Assembly: GCA_050273025.1 (NCBI GenBank)
Contig: CP158635.1
Span: 1,240,001 to 1,304,000 of the forward strand
Source: Cenococcum geophilum
Taxonomy: Eukaryota
DNA: 64,000 nucleotides
Reading direction: 5' to 3'
Under the pieces are notes generated by a model. The model saw nothing but the letters and a program-made list of their open reading frames with translations, was not told where the DNA came from and made no database searches. This document shows positions 51,200 to 62,964 of the stretch, piece after piece (the first letter of the stretch is position 1; each line of letters begins with the position of its first letter). A program made the translations under genes and the position numbers.

Positions 51200-54100
51200 T
51201 TAGTCTCGCTCTACCCATTCTGTGACCTTTAGGTTAAGCTTATTCGTGTCGATTAGGGTTTTAAGAGCTTAACACGGCTTTGCCTTAGTTATGGCGTCTG
51301 CTAGGTTGTCTCCGCTGCTGATCCATTTGACCTCCGTAATCTCACGTTATTTATAGGCCTGACGTAAGTACATTAGGTCGACCATAAGCCTCTTCTCTTG
51401 TGTCGTACCTAGTTTAACTAGGCAGTCGTAAAGGGACTTTAAATCGGTGTATAAAACCAGGGGTAACTGCTCCAGTTATAGAATCTTCTAGACCGTTGAT
51501 TTAATTGCGGCTGCTATATTAAATCTATAAGCTAGTGCATATAGTTCAGAAGCTAGTATACTACGGGTTACTCGTTTACACTTAATTGAAGACTAGTGCA
51601 GTATATTTGCGTCCTGATTGCGGTCCGTAAGTATAATTACAAAGCCGATTTGTGATGATAGGTCTTTATTATTAGCAAAGGAGGCGTCCGTAAATGCCAG
51701 TAAGCTAAGGGAACTTAGGTCTAGTGGTACAAAAATAAGTCCCCTTGCTGCATTGTCAATTTGCCACTGAATGCGCTTATTAAGCTGCTTAATATTTTCT
51801 TCTTGCGGATTTACTGCCTGGGCCGCAAAGGATAAGTCGTAGGCAGATTCGGGTTAGCAGACTGTGGCAATGTAGGCGCCTCTTGCACGCTGTGCAGCGT
51901 ATTGGTCCTTTGTATTTACGGTCTTACGGGTCTCTCCGCAGGAACTGGTAAGGTCCGTAGGCTTTACTATAACGAGCTTTAGGTTTTAAGCTTGGCGTTT
52001 TTGGGTTAGCTAAATTAAGTTGCCCTTTTGTGTAATTAAGCCTCCGTTGAACTTAATTGGAGTCTACTTAGTTAACTGCTCTCGCGGCTTTGCCAGGAAC
52101 TTAGCTTCTTACAGTTTAGTCTTTTTAGCGTCCGCAAATGTCCGGTCTGCTAAGAAGAGGGTATTGTCTGTTTGGAGTCCAACAATACTAAGGCCGTTTA
52201 ATGGGCTGTATAGGAGGCAGGGGTCGTAGGTCGACTGTTCCATTTTAAGTTTACTGACGTGGTGCTAGTGGTATGTCTTAAACTAATGGTTTCCGGCTTC
52301 TGGTACTCCGTAAAGAGGTTTTACGACCCGTAAAATTGTTCCTGGTTGTAGGTTAAGCTCATAGGGTGGTCGTATAAAGATATCCCTGCTTAGGTAGGTA
52401 TTAGACTGCACGTAGGCTTGTAAGATATCCCGTAAGTAAAGGGCTACGGATTTAGTTTGCTGTAGTCCAGGCATAAGTGCGAGTATAATCCGTTGACTGA
52501 CCCGTTGAATTGTAGGCGATTGCGTAAGGACTAGGTCCTTTTCCTGGTCGTTATAAGCTTATACAACGAGCCTTAATTTCTTAAAGGCTTTGTTAATACT
52601 AGGGTGCTTAATCTCGTCAATAAAGCGTAAGTTAAATATACAGACGCCTTGCGGAACGTCTCTCTCCGTTACGATCGCAAAGACACCCTTTTTAAGTAGT
52701 CCGTTGATCTCTTTACGCCGTGAGTCCGTAAAAGGGGTTTCCTGTACTAGAACTGATATATCCACAGGCGGAGATTGCTTTGCGAATGTGCCTGCGGAGG
52801 TTAGGTGGTTCTCCGTTACGGGATTCTTACGGGGGCGTCCTCGGCCACGCTTTACGGCAGGTTTAGTAGGTTTAGTGGGTTTTTGGGGGACCTCTAGGGT
52901 AGGCAAGGGTGCCTCCAGTTTATCTGATTCGGCAGTCGTTTCTAGTTTGTTTGGTTCGGCGGTTGCTTCTAGTTCGTCTGGCTTAACGTTATGGGTGTTT
53001 TTGGACCGAAAATAGGGTTTTACGGACGTGCTTCTAAAGCTTATTGGTCCGCTAGGGAGCTATACATAGCAGGTCTCGTCTTCTACGGCTAGTAGACGGT
53101 AAGGTCCAGTCCAATTGCCGCTTTCCCGCCACACGAGGACTTTAGAGTTAAGCGGGAGGTTGTGTACTGGGGTCGTATTAGGTCCGTTGCGGTGGTGCAG
53201 AGCGTTATTAACAGTTTGTTTGGCCCGTAATTTGACTATTTCGGCTATTGCCTTCCGTATTATAGCTGCTCGATCCATAACGGACGGGGTAGGAGGGTCC
53301 AGTTTGCTCATCCTTGGGTAGGCTCTGTAGACTAAGAGGGTAGGTACCAGTCCGTCAGGGCCAGCGGTATCGTTAACGGCTTTTACGGCCATCTGTAAAG
53401 CCAGTTCTTTTTAGATATTCTTACACTCGTCCGTAATAATCTGGTAAGCTCTCCGTAAAGCTAGGTAAGCTCGCTTAACAAGTTTAATGGACTAGTGCGC
53501 CTCAACTAGAACGGCTTTTGTTGAAATAGCCATGGCCGTAGCGTACTGTTGGAATTCCTTACTAATAAAGTTCCTACTAGCGTCGTGGGTGATATACTTA
53601 GGGGGTCCAAGGTATGTGTTAATTTAGCAGGTCCATAAAATGTCCCAAGTATGTTTTGCGGATATATTTTACAACTAACAGGCGGCTTGGTAGCGGGTTG
53701 CCTTGTTAATTATGTGTAATACTAGGCTGCCGTTAATATACATAATGTCTACGTACACTAAGTGGTTAAAGTCAAGGTCCTTATAAAGGGTGAACTTGAA
53801 TCGGCCTGGGGAACGTCCGTATTTCTGGCAAAAGGAGCAGTATTTGGTCAGGTAATCAACTGCCTTTCTGTCGACGTCGTTATGTCCAGAGCGTTTAAGG
53901 ACTCTATATAGCTTTTCGGCTGACGGGTGGCCGAAACAGCGGTGCAGACGGTGGATCTCCGTACTGGTAAGGTAGCACGGGTTATAGTCGAAAGATTCCT
54001 AAATATAGGTCCGTAAAGTCTCTCCTTATATAAGGAACGGGTGTCCAAATCGTCGTATAATTAGCAGGGTAACATACTTGCTTCCTAGGGCAGTTGCGGG

Positions 54101-56239
54101 GCCGATTAAGGTGTCCGTAATATTATTGTAGTAAACCTATAACCTGTCTATGTCCGTAAGGCAAAGTAAGAAAGGGGTGTCCGCTTTTACTATATAGAAG
54201 TCAACTAGGCCAATTAGGGTCTTAACTACGACTAATCCAATTAATGCGGTTAAACCAATGCCAAATTAGACGTTTACGGCCCCAGCTTGCATAGTGTTAA
54301 TGTCCGTATTATTATTTACGGTAGTCTTATATGCAAGGTATTGTCCGTAACCTACAGTAGACTTCTTAGAGGCACCTGTATCGATCATAACGCCATAGAA
54401 TTCTTTGGGGGTATAGCGTTCTGTAGTAATATATACAAATAGGTCCTGTTCGCGGTCTATAACGTCCGTAACGGGTCCAATGGGTGTACTTACGGGCCAG
54501 TTTTCGGGTGTAATTGAGTGTATAAAGGAGCGGTCAGCTAATACGGTTATAGTATTAAAGGCTTAACTGTCCGTAAAAGGTCTAAAAGTAGTTAGGAATG
54601 TCTCTAAGGTCTCCTGTTCCTAAGCGTCTGAGTTAAAGTCAATTATAAGGGCTTCTATTAACTCGTTAGGGGGCTCCTTTGCTTCCTCTCCTTTATATTC
54701 CAAAATGAACTGGTTAATCCGGTTATTAAGTCTCTTCCTAGACTTGTTACGTTCTTCCTGGGTATGCTTTATAGACCAATATCCTTCCTTGCCGCACACG
54801 AAGCACTTCTAGCTAGTTCGTTTGCGTAGATATGCTTTTATACGGGGGTTGCTACGGGGGTTATGGGTGGGGTTTGGTCGGTACGGGTACTGCTGGCGGT
54901 AGCGGCGGTCCGTAAAATAGGCTTCTAAGTCTGTTTGCGGATATTAAATATCCGTAGCGAAGGCTTAAGTGCTGCTTAGTGGGTTTGAGACTTCGTACGT
55001 TACAATAGAGGAGCGTAGGTCATTAATAAGGCCAGTTAAGGTGTCTGCAGGCTTGTAACAGGCGTACTTACAGGGCTCTACTTCCTGGCAAGCCGTAATA
55101 AGTTTATTGTGCAGGAAGTCGTCTATTTAAAGCTTGGCATTAAGGCCGTGCTGTAGGTGCCGGAGGTCTTTAATAAGGATTTGCAGACACTCTATAGTCG
55201 ATTTTTCGGTGTTCTTGTCGATTACGGTCCGTAGCTTAGTCGCATTCCATTGGGTAAGGATATCATGCCTATATTCCGGTCCTTTAAAGTAGTTACGGGT
55301 AGCTTCGCATAGCTTATTAAAGGGGACACCAAGGGGGTTGCTCTTAAGGTTGGTATAGTAGTAGTTAAGTGCTAGGCCGCGTAGTATGGTAGAGTAGGCT
55401 TGGCTGAACTCTTGTTTAGGAATGTCAGCCTTCTAACAGAGGTCCGTAAAAATGGTCAGTTTAAAGTCAAAGTTGTCGTTTTCACCGCTGTACTTAGATT
55501 CGTCGGTATAGAGCTTAGCCAGGTTGGCTAGTTCCTTGCCATAGGTCTTTACTTAGATAGGTTGCGGGTCTATGGCTTGCGGATCTATAGCTTACGGATA
55601 TATAGCTTACGGATCTGTAGCTTGCGGATATATGGCTTGCGGATCTATAGCTTGCGGACATATAGTTTGCGGATCTATAGCTTAAGCAGCGGAAGTATTT
55701 TGGTCCGTATTTTGGTTTACAGGGGTATTGCAGTCCGTAACTTGGGTACTAGGTATGCTCTGGCCCGTAAGATCAATTCTAAAGGCGTTTGGGTCTATAG
55801 GACGAATTTGGTTAAGTGGGTTAGGTATAAGGCTAGCGATTACATTAAGTTTGGAAGAAGCAAAGAGTTCCTTAGTAGTATTAAACTGGTCTAGGATTTC
55901 TTCCTTAGTCCATTCCGTTTGGTCCTCCTTATATATTACATTATATAAAGACCGTGCAACAGTAACGTGTTTGTCTTTTTCAACCCATACGCCGTGGTTA
56001 CGGAGGAGGGTTCGTAGGTTACGGATGGTCATAAGGCTGCAGGCCTTAAAAGTAGCTTCCGTAAAGTCCGCAAAGTCTTCCTTATATTGCTCCCATATGT
56101 CATTGTTCGTAGGCTTAAAGTATCCGTATTTAAGGAGTTTAAATTGAATATAGTCGTTGACGTCGTTCGTAGACGTAAGGTCGACTCCTTAACTCCACTT
56201 CTTTTGACCTTCGCTGACTTGCTTGCTGATATCTGCTAT
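51200..56239 (-). pseudogene. Copia-3 gag-pol polyprotein
   Basis: KCFVCGKEG knuckle, MIDTGAS protease, HRCFGHP integrase, TQSPTIQR RT and RNase H motifs; same clade as Copia-1. Confidence 0.9.
55556..55683. repeat. 15-bp tandem repeat, about 8 copies, inside Copia-3 gag (PQA[I/T][D/Y] on the minus strand)
   Basis: ggatctatagcttgc units directly visible. Confidence 0.85.
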
Positions 56240-58259
56240 ACTGTGTAGTATTATACGTAGCGGGTAGAAGGGTCTTGTAGTGGTCCGTAAAGGCGGATAA
56301 TGGGTCCGTAAGGGTTTATAGGAGGGTAGGGGGTTTCTATAAGGGCTTGTAACGGTCCGTAAAGGTAATTAACGGGTCCGTAGCGGTTCGTAGAAGGGTA
56401 AGGGGTCTCCGTAAGGGGTCTGGGGGAGGTATAGTAAGGATAGGGGTTCGAGGTTCGAGGGTAGGGGGTTCCTGTACAGGTCTGTATTCGCGTCTATTAT
56501 ACTTCTGGTAAACCGTACTAAGACTTGAATAAGTATATAGAGTTAGTGATAGGTCCGTAATCCCCAACTTCCGACCTTCTAGCAGGTCGTACTAGGATAT
56601 GAACGGGTGGTCGCTGTCGAGTATCGCTCGGGGGGAGGTGTCGAGTGATTGCTGATCTGTGCGCGCTTACTGATTAGTGTTTGTACCAATTTAATGGTAC
56701 AAGTGAGTCGTGTCTAGGGGCACGAAATACGTATAGTATCGTATGCTCATTTAGACGGTGGTGACTGTCGATTGTATGAAGCAGACTACGTAGTCTATAT
56801 ACTGATGCGCCTCCCCCCTGATTAGTCAGTGCTTCAGAAGTGCACCAGACGCGTAAGCGGGTGGTTGGTGCACTAAACGCGTAAACGCGTACTCGGCGTA
56901 CCGAGCGCGTAAGCACGCGGTTGGTATGACAGGTGCTGTAATTATACAGTAATATATATCCTAAAAAACATAGTAGAGTAATTTATGGAAGATTTCTATA
57001 AGGGAATAACTTAAGGATATAACGGAGCTATAGGCTTAGTGTTAAGACTCTAGGAGGAGTATATTATTAACAGAATCTAGGGACTAGTATAAAAAGTTAT
57101 AAAAAAATATCTAGATTATTAAAGGAATAAACTAATAAGATATAAGCTATATGGAGGGCTATAACCTATTAAAATATTAAAGAGATTATAGGAAGTTATA
57201 TTATAGGACTTTATTATTAAGTTACTAAAGTTAAGAGATCCTATTACTGGATAAGATTATAACGCGATTTTAGTAATAGTAGATAAGCTTATAAAGTGGG
57301 GATACTTTATAGCGTGTACAGAAGAAATATTAGTAGAAGATATTACTAAAATCTATATTAAAGAAGTATTCGCAAGATATAGAGCACTAAGTAAAATTAT
57401 ATTAGATAGGGATTTAAGATTTATAGTAGTATTCTAGAAGGTATTCTTAGCGGAGTAAGGAGTTAGAGTAGTAACTTTTACCATATATTATCCGCAGACA
57501 GACGGTTAAATGGAAAGATTAAATTAGACACTAGAGCAATATTTAAGGCACTATATTAATTATGTATAGAACAATTAGGTATCGTTATTACTAATTATAT
57601 AGTTTATATATAATATAACACCATAGAAAGGAATAGGCATATTACTATTTAAGGCAAATTATGGATACGAGTTAAGAATATCGTTATCGCTATAATAAGT
57701 AAAGAAGATAAGTAGCATAGCTAAGTAGAGAATAGAGACACTAATAAATCTTTATAAGAACCTTATGGAAACAGTAAAAATAGTATAAAAGAGAATAAAA
57801 AAGTACTATAATGCTAAGAGATCTAAGGGACTAGATCTTAAGGAGGGAGATAAAGTATAGCTACTATATAAAAATTTTAAGAGTTAACAACTAAGTAAGA
57901 AGTTAAACTACGTTAGACTAGGACCTTTTAAAATTAAGTAAAGGATTTTACTGGTTACGTTTAAGTTAAACCTACTAGCTAAAATAAAAATCTACCCTAT
58001 ATAGTATATCGCAATACTAGAGTTAGCGTATAGGAATATTAAGCTATTAATCTATAAAGCAGACATGTATAGAGGATAAGAGGAAGACAAATAGCAAGTT
58101 TTAAAGATTGTTAACTATAAGAATATTAATAATAAAATATAGTATAAAGTAAAGTAGATAGGCTATACTAAGACTACCTAAAAGCTACTAGAGAATTTAA
58201 AAAACGCTATAGAAAAGGTATAGGAGTATCGGAAGAGATTAGGTTAGGTAATATTAATA

Positions 58260-58858
58260 AAAAAAGATCGCTAAAAAATAAGTCACCTAAGGGGGACCTA
58301 AGAAGAGCAGTTGCCGAGCTACTTAGATCTATTTCCTTCTTAATTAAAGGAGAATCTATTCTTTTATTACTAAGTTCCTATAGACCCTATTTTATAAGTT
58401 TTTACTCCTTAAAACGGACCTTTTTATAAACCTTCTTAAGATGGAGTAAATGAGTAGACGCCGCGATGCAAGTATCTAGGGCCTTCTGTTCCGCATCTTA
58501 AGAACATTCTAACTTAATAAGGGCTTAAGATAGTTTACTATCTAGCCGCGTAGTAGTAGATTAAATATAAGACCCTAAGACGAATTAATTAGGGAACCAG
58601 ACGACTATTTAGAGTAATAGGTCGCGTATATTTAGTATTAGAAGTAGAGCGAACGTCATAGGACAAACGAATATTCGCTTTAGTGCACTTTAAGTAAGAG
58701 GACGATTGTCGCGAAGATGGATTCGCTAACGCAATATAAACTAACCCCTTTTTTAAACAGCGAGAATATGGAGATAGTATGATCTTACTAAAAGATAATA
58801 TTATAGTAACAGTGCGAGCACGACGTTGGGCGTATAAAGAAGAAATTGCTTTAGGTAT
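58260..58858 (-). pseudogene. Antisense accessory ORF of Gypsy-3: Zn2Cys6-like domain plus coiled coil
   Basis: Reads IPKAISS..PYSRCLKKGLVYIALANPSSRQSSSYLKCTKANIRLSY. Restoring TAY>TGY gives C-x2-C-x6-C-x13-C-x2-C-x8-C. Confidence 0.7.
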
Positions 58859-60319
58859 AATAAGTAATAATATTAACCAAATTAATTAGACGGATATTAT
58901 ACCTCTAATAAATAACTTAGAGATATTTTAAATCTTTAAGGATAAAGATAAAAAGGAGGAAGATAGTGTTATGGACGCTTTAAGTATAATATTATAATTA
59001 CTTAGAGAGGAATTAAAAGATGCTAGTTAGTTAATTTAAGTACGGTTTAGAATAGAGCTAATAGAGCTATGTAATAAGGAATAGTAACTAAGGTTATATA
59101 ATGTGCTATATATTAAATAAGAGAAACGAGAGGAACTTACGTACCTTATATATAAGACGTATATTATATATAAGAAGGATTTTATAGGAGTATAGTTATA
59201 TATTTAAGGACCCTTAATCCCTACCTAGATATTTCTTTCCTTATAGTAATTCTTAGAATATAATTAGAGTTAATCTATTGGGCAACCACTCCACCAGTTG
59301 TTATTATTTGTTGACTTTAATTCCTTTACCTACACACCTAGCCTAATAACGAGCCTATCGTAGTACCTACTATAAGGTTCCGTTATATAGGGCCTAGGCC
59401 CTAGTCGCGATCTAATAAAAGACCATATTATTAAAGCTTTAGAGGAGCTATAGACTATCGTTTATATAATTATGCGATTTTAGTAGCGCTGGTGTTAGTG
59501 TAATAAAGGAGTTAAGGCTACAGATAAATTCTGCCAGTTCTATTTTTGGGCGGTCAGAGTGCGGTAAGTCAATTTTCCTAATTAGGAAGGTGTAAATTTA
59601 GATGTTAGCGACCTCTATAGAGCTAAGCCGTCTTACATGAGTTAAGGCCCCACAAATCGCTTAAAACCGGCCCATAAAGAACGTTTAAAAGAACGTCCAA
59701 AAGACCCCAAATCTTGATGGTCGTTCGGTTCCGATCTGAAGGCCCTAGATTTAGTTCAGAATACGTTAATTCGAAGTGATTTTAAATGCACAGCCTCGAA
59801 GTTTTAATTTTCCTCTCACCGCTCGTAAAACGCCAGAATTATACGCTAAAAAGTTGGCAACTTTACCGTATAAGGCTTCTGAACTGAAGGTCTTGGCGTC
59901 AATTTAAAAAAGTGCCTAGAGCTCCTTTTTTATTTAAATTCTAAAGCCTTTAGATTTTATACGCCTGTGCTTTTATAAAGCCATAAACGCGTACTAAATT
60001 AGGAAGGAATGCGTTTTTTTCTACTAGGCTTTTAGTTTAGATCTAATCTAAAGTTTTATAACCAAATAAGCCCTTACCCAATGGAATTCCTATAATGAGG
60101 GTAATACAACACATTTATTTTATATAGTTAAAGACCTTCCAGAATGAGGCAATTTATTTAAAATTTAGACATTATTTTTTTAAGGACGATTTGTTCTAAA
60201 ATAAGGCATAAATAATCTAGAACGAGTCGTGTTCTAGTATTAAGGCTTATTTAGTAACCATTTTTGGCTAGGTTAGATCGGCTAGGTAGGTGTTAATAGT
60301 AGGCGCTAAAGTAGAAGTA

Positions 60320-62297
60320 TATAAGGAGGCTACCTAAGTGGGCTAGCCGCCCTCCCTGCACGCGCTTCCTATTAGTACTTATATTGCCACATTACTACAT
60401 TAAAAACAGTGCTTATTTAGTATTTTATAGGACCCCTATCTGCAGCAATTACAGTAAGGTAACGCTCCCTTATATTGCCTGTATACTTCTTAAAATATTT
60501 AGGTTTAAGCTTCTCCTACTCCTCCTCTGCGTACCTCCTAACTTCCTCTTTTATTATAGGAAATCTACGTTATATTCTCCCCTTTAACAACCTTTAGATA
60601 TTCTTAATTAGGTTTAAATTAGGGGAGTTTACTAGCTATTCTATTATAACCATACCATTCTACTCCTAGGCTAGACGAGTTGCTTTTACTAAGTAAATTA
60701 AAGTATTATCCTTTATAAGAATAGGCTAGTACTATAGTGTTTGTTAGTAGGGGGGGTACTTAGGCAGTCTCTTTAAGCTCGGCAATGTATTACGTGACAT
60801 ATCACACAGGCTATTTTGTAGATATCTTCTCGGGCGATTAAGCCCCTAAGATTTTTCCTTATAGAGCATTATATGTATTATTTCCATTAGCCTACTTAGC
60901 GTCTAACAGTGTTTACTATAATTCCCATGTAAAAGCCTTAATATTAGGATATATATACATGCAATATACGTTCCTATTTATTATCTTCTTTTTATAACTA
61001 AGCTCGATTAACTAGCCCTTCTTAAAAATAACTAAAGGCCCCTTATTCCCATAGAAGATACTACTATAAATTATTTAGCTTAAGTATCCCCTAAATTTAG
61101 GGACATAGCAATTAATATTATATTTCTCCTCTGCGCATCTAGTAATAAAAATCTGGCCTCTATCGGTTTAAATTAATGCCTTATCTGTCCAGATTACTGC
61201 TACCTATATTTTAGGGGTCTATTCTAGGTAAGAATAGGCCTACCTTAGCCAGGCCTCTCGTTATTTAGGTGTAATAAGGGGCTTCTCTATAGTAACACGC
61301 TAAAAATAGCCCTCCTTTTTAAAAGCTTTATATAAGGGTCGCTTGCAGGTAGAGACCCCCTTTAGAATTATAATCTCTTTAAATGGCTTCCTTTAATGGA
61401 AGCGATTAAGCTTAGCACATACAATAAGGCGTTATTATATTAGCGTATTAATATTTGGCTTTCTTCCTCTCTATTTATAAGGAGTCCATTTACCTTTTTA
61501 AAGAGAGTTTAAAATTGTTTAATAAGGAATACTAAGGTAGCTAGCAATTCTATACTACTTCTAGCCAGCGTATTAATTAAGGGAATAGGTAATATTACGC
61601 TTATGGTAGGAAAGCCAGGTGCCTAGATCTTAAAGAATTGGGTATTAAATTACTAATAGATAACGTTTTAGCCACCCAGTCGAGCTAGCTACCTAATCGA
61701 GCCACCCTAAAACATATTAAAATCTACCAACTTTAACCTTTTATAACTCCACCCCTATTAAAGATATTTAATTAAAATTTCAAATATGGCTGCTTATATA
61801 TAGAGGTATTCTATTTATAATATTTTAAAAAAAAGTATTATATATTTAAGCTAATAAATACTTAATAAAAGCCTATATAGACCTAAAAGAGACTAAATTA
61901 GGCAATAAATAGAAATAATAATGTAATACTTTTTTTGAAATATTATAAATAGAATACATTTATACATAAGCAGCTATATTTAAATTTTTATTTAAATATC
62001 TTTAATAGGGGTGGAGTTATAAAAGGCTAAAGTTGGTAGATTTTAGTGTATTTTGGGGTGGCTTGACTAGGTAGCTGGCTCGACTAGGTAGCTAATACAT
62101 TAGTGGCCACACTGCCCGCAAATAAGATTTAGCATTTTAGGATTAAGATATAAGGATCTCTTCCCGTTGTTTTATATTATCTAGCTGTTCTAGTAGCTTC
62201 TATATATTTATAATACGAAGAGCTACGCTTTATATGGTTAAAACAACGTCAGCGCTAGCAGGGAGGGCGGCCAGCCCGCTTAGGTAGCCCCCTTACA
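60320..62297 (-). mobile_element. Tc1/mariner transposon #3 (DD34E) with nested MITE
   Basis: ~40-bp inverted repeats (t(g/a)taagg(g/a)ggctacctaag(c/t)gggct(g/a)gccgccctccctgc). Minus-strand transposase at ~61645-60372 with WTD(E)A and (E)DN..34 codons..NSP(D)LN.I(E)N. The TA TSD is not clean on the right side. Confidence 0.8.
61663..62100. mobile_element. MITE 2 (438 bp, ACGT termini)
   Basis: ~180-bp TIRs (acgttttagccacccagtcgagc / gctcgactaggtagctaatacat); TA TSD at 61661-61662 and 62101-62102. Confidence 0.9.
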
Positions 62298-62475
62298 GCT
62301 TATACAAGCTTCGGCTTCTCCCCCCCCCTAGCGCGCAGCGGTACATACCGAATTTCGCTAAGCCTGCAGCTAAATTAGTATATAGAGCTAGCAGGAAGAG
62401 GTGTAGTATATAGCCCTGGCTTGGGCCACTAGCTATCTCAAATTTAGAGCTTAAATCTGAAGCTATTCGTGACTT

Positions 62476-62882
62476 TTTTTTATATTTTTATTTTTTATAT
62501 CCATTGTATTATACTATGTATAATACTGCGCATGCAGCCTTTAAGCTATGGCGCTATAGTTCTATATATATGAATCCTTTTAGGCAGCTTAATATATACT
62601 AGTAGCTATGTCCTAATAGTTTATAAACCTCTAGACTAAGGGTTTACTGCTCCCTAGTAAAGTACTAGATTGCCAACAACTAATAGGTAAGTTAAAAATA
62701 ATAGAAAAGACAATAAGAAATTAAGAAACCCTAACGCTTATCTATATCCAATTTGTAGCTTATTTCTATCCTTTTGCTTTCTAATATCTATCTACTAAAA
62801 ACCTAGTAGGAGTTACCTTCTTCTAAGGATCCTGCTATTATTAGCTACTTCCTAGTAGCTATTCCTGTCCTATCTAGAAATA
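62476..62882 (-). mobile_element. 5'-truncated LINE copy 3 (3' end only)
   Basis: Homologous to the 3' ends of copies 1 and 2; T tail; 12-bp TSD tattcgtgactt (62464-62475) versus RIPed tatttataactt (62883-62894). Confidence 0.87.
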
Positions 62883-62964
62883 TATTTATAACTTGTCTCC
62901 CTTACTAAAGGCCGTAATATTTGCTCTAGATCGTGGTATATTAAAGCTTCTTTTTCTCATTAAT

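Larger units (their letters stand above)
50679..56948 (-). mobile_element. Copia-3 LTR retrotransposon (comparatively lightly RIPed)
   Basis: 271-bp LTRs at 50679-50949 and 56678-56948; TSD gtaat; long ORF remnants in the track (AVKAVNDTAGPDGLVPTLLV; VVKPLYGVPEAGNH). Confidence 0.96.
48640..58275 (+). pseudogene. Gypsy-3 pol (PR-RT-RH-IN-chromodomain), split by Copia-3
   Basis: ALIDSG at 48706, [12 protein letters not shown](DD)II, FLGFCNYYRRFI, AYYSRK, integrase PQTDG.MERLN, chromodomain at ~58090-58230. Confidence 0.88.
45196..59387 (+). mobile_element. Gypsy-3 chromovirus LTR retrotransposon (~7.9 kb without Copia-3)
   Basis: 421-bp LTRs at 45196-45616 and 58967-59387; TSD taggg; PPT aaaaaggaggaagatag. 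Confidence 0.95.
32696..59430 (-). pseudogene. Tc1 #2 transposase (DD34E) with long C-terminal extension; pieces at ~59430-59393, 45195-43289 and 33005-32696
   Basis: De-RIPed IATRAQALAMK, REKSCAYIA, KTKP..KP.L, WKAVIWSDE, FWGCFSY..KGP, QEDKA followed by WP.N.P.LN.IE (34 spacing), GGN.Y.EG. The frame continues into poly-P, poly-Q and GS-rich sequence. Confidence 0.85.
32536..59617 (-). mobile_element. Tc1/mariner transposon #2 (core ~2.6 kb) carrying nested Copia-2 and Gypsy-3
   Basis: 57-bp TIRs at 32536-32592 and 59561-59617 (cggaggtcgctaacatctaaatttgcaccttcctaattaggaaaattgacttaccgc); TA TSD at 32534-32535 and 59618-59619. Confidence 0.93.

Noticed and set aside
52020..56147. Plus-strand ORFs at 52020, 52590, 53115, 55562 and 55728
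   Set aside because: They are antisense shadows of the Copia-3 polyprotein.
50555..56916. Near-identical track ORFs 50555-51034 and 56674-56916 as duplicated genes
   Set aside because: They are chance frames through the two Copia-3 LTRs.
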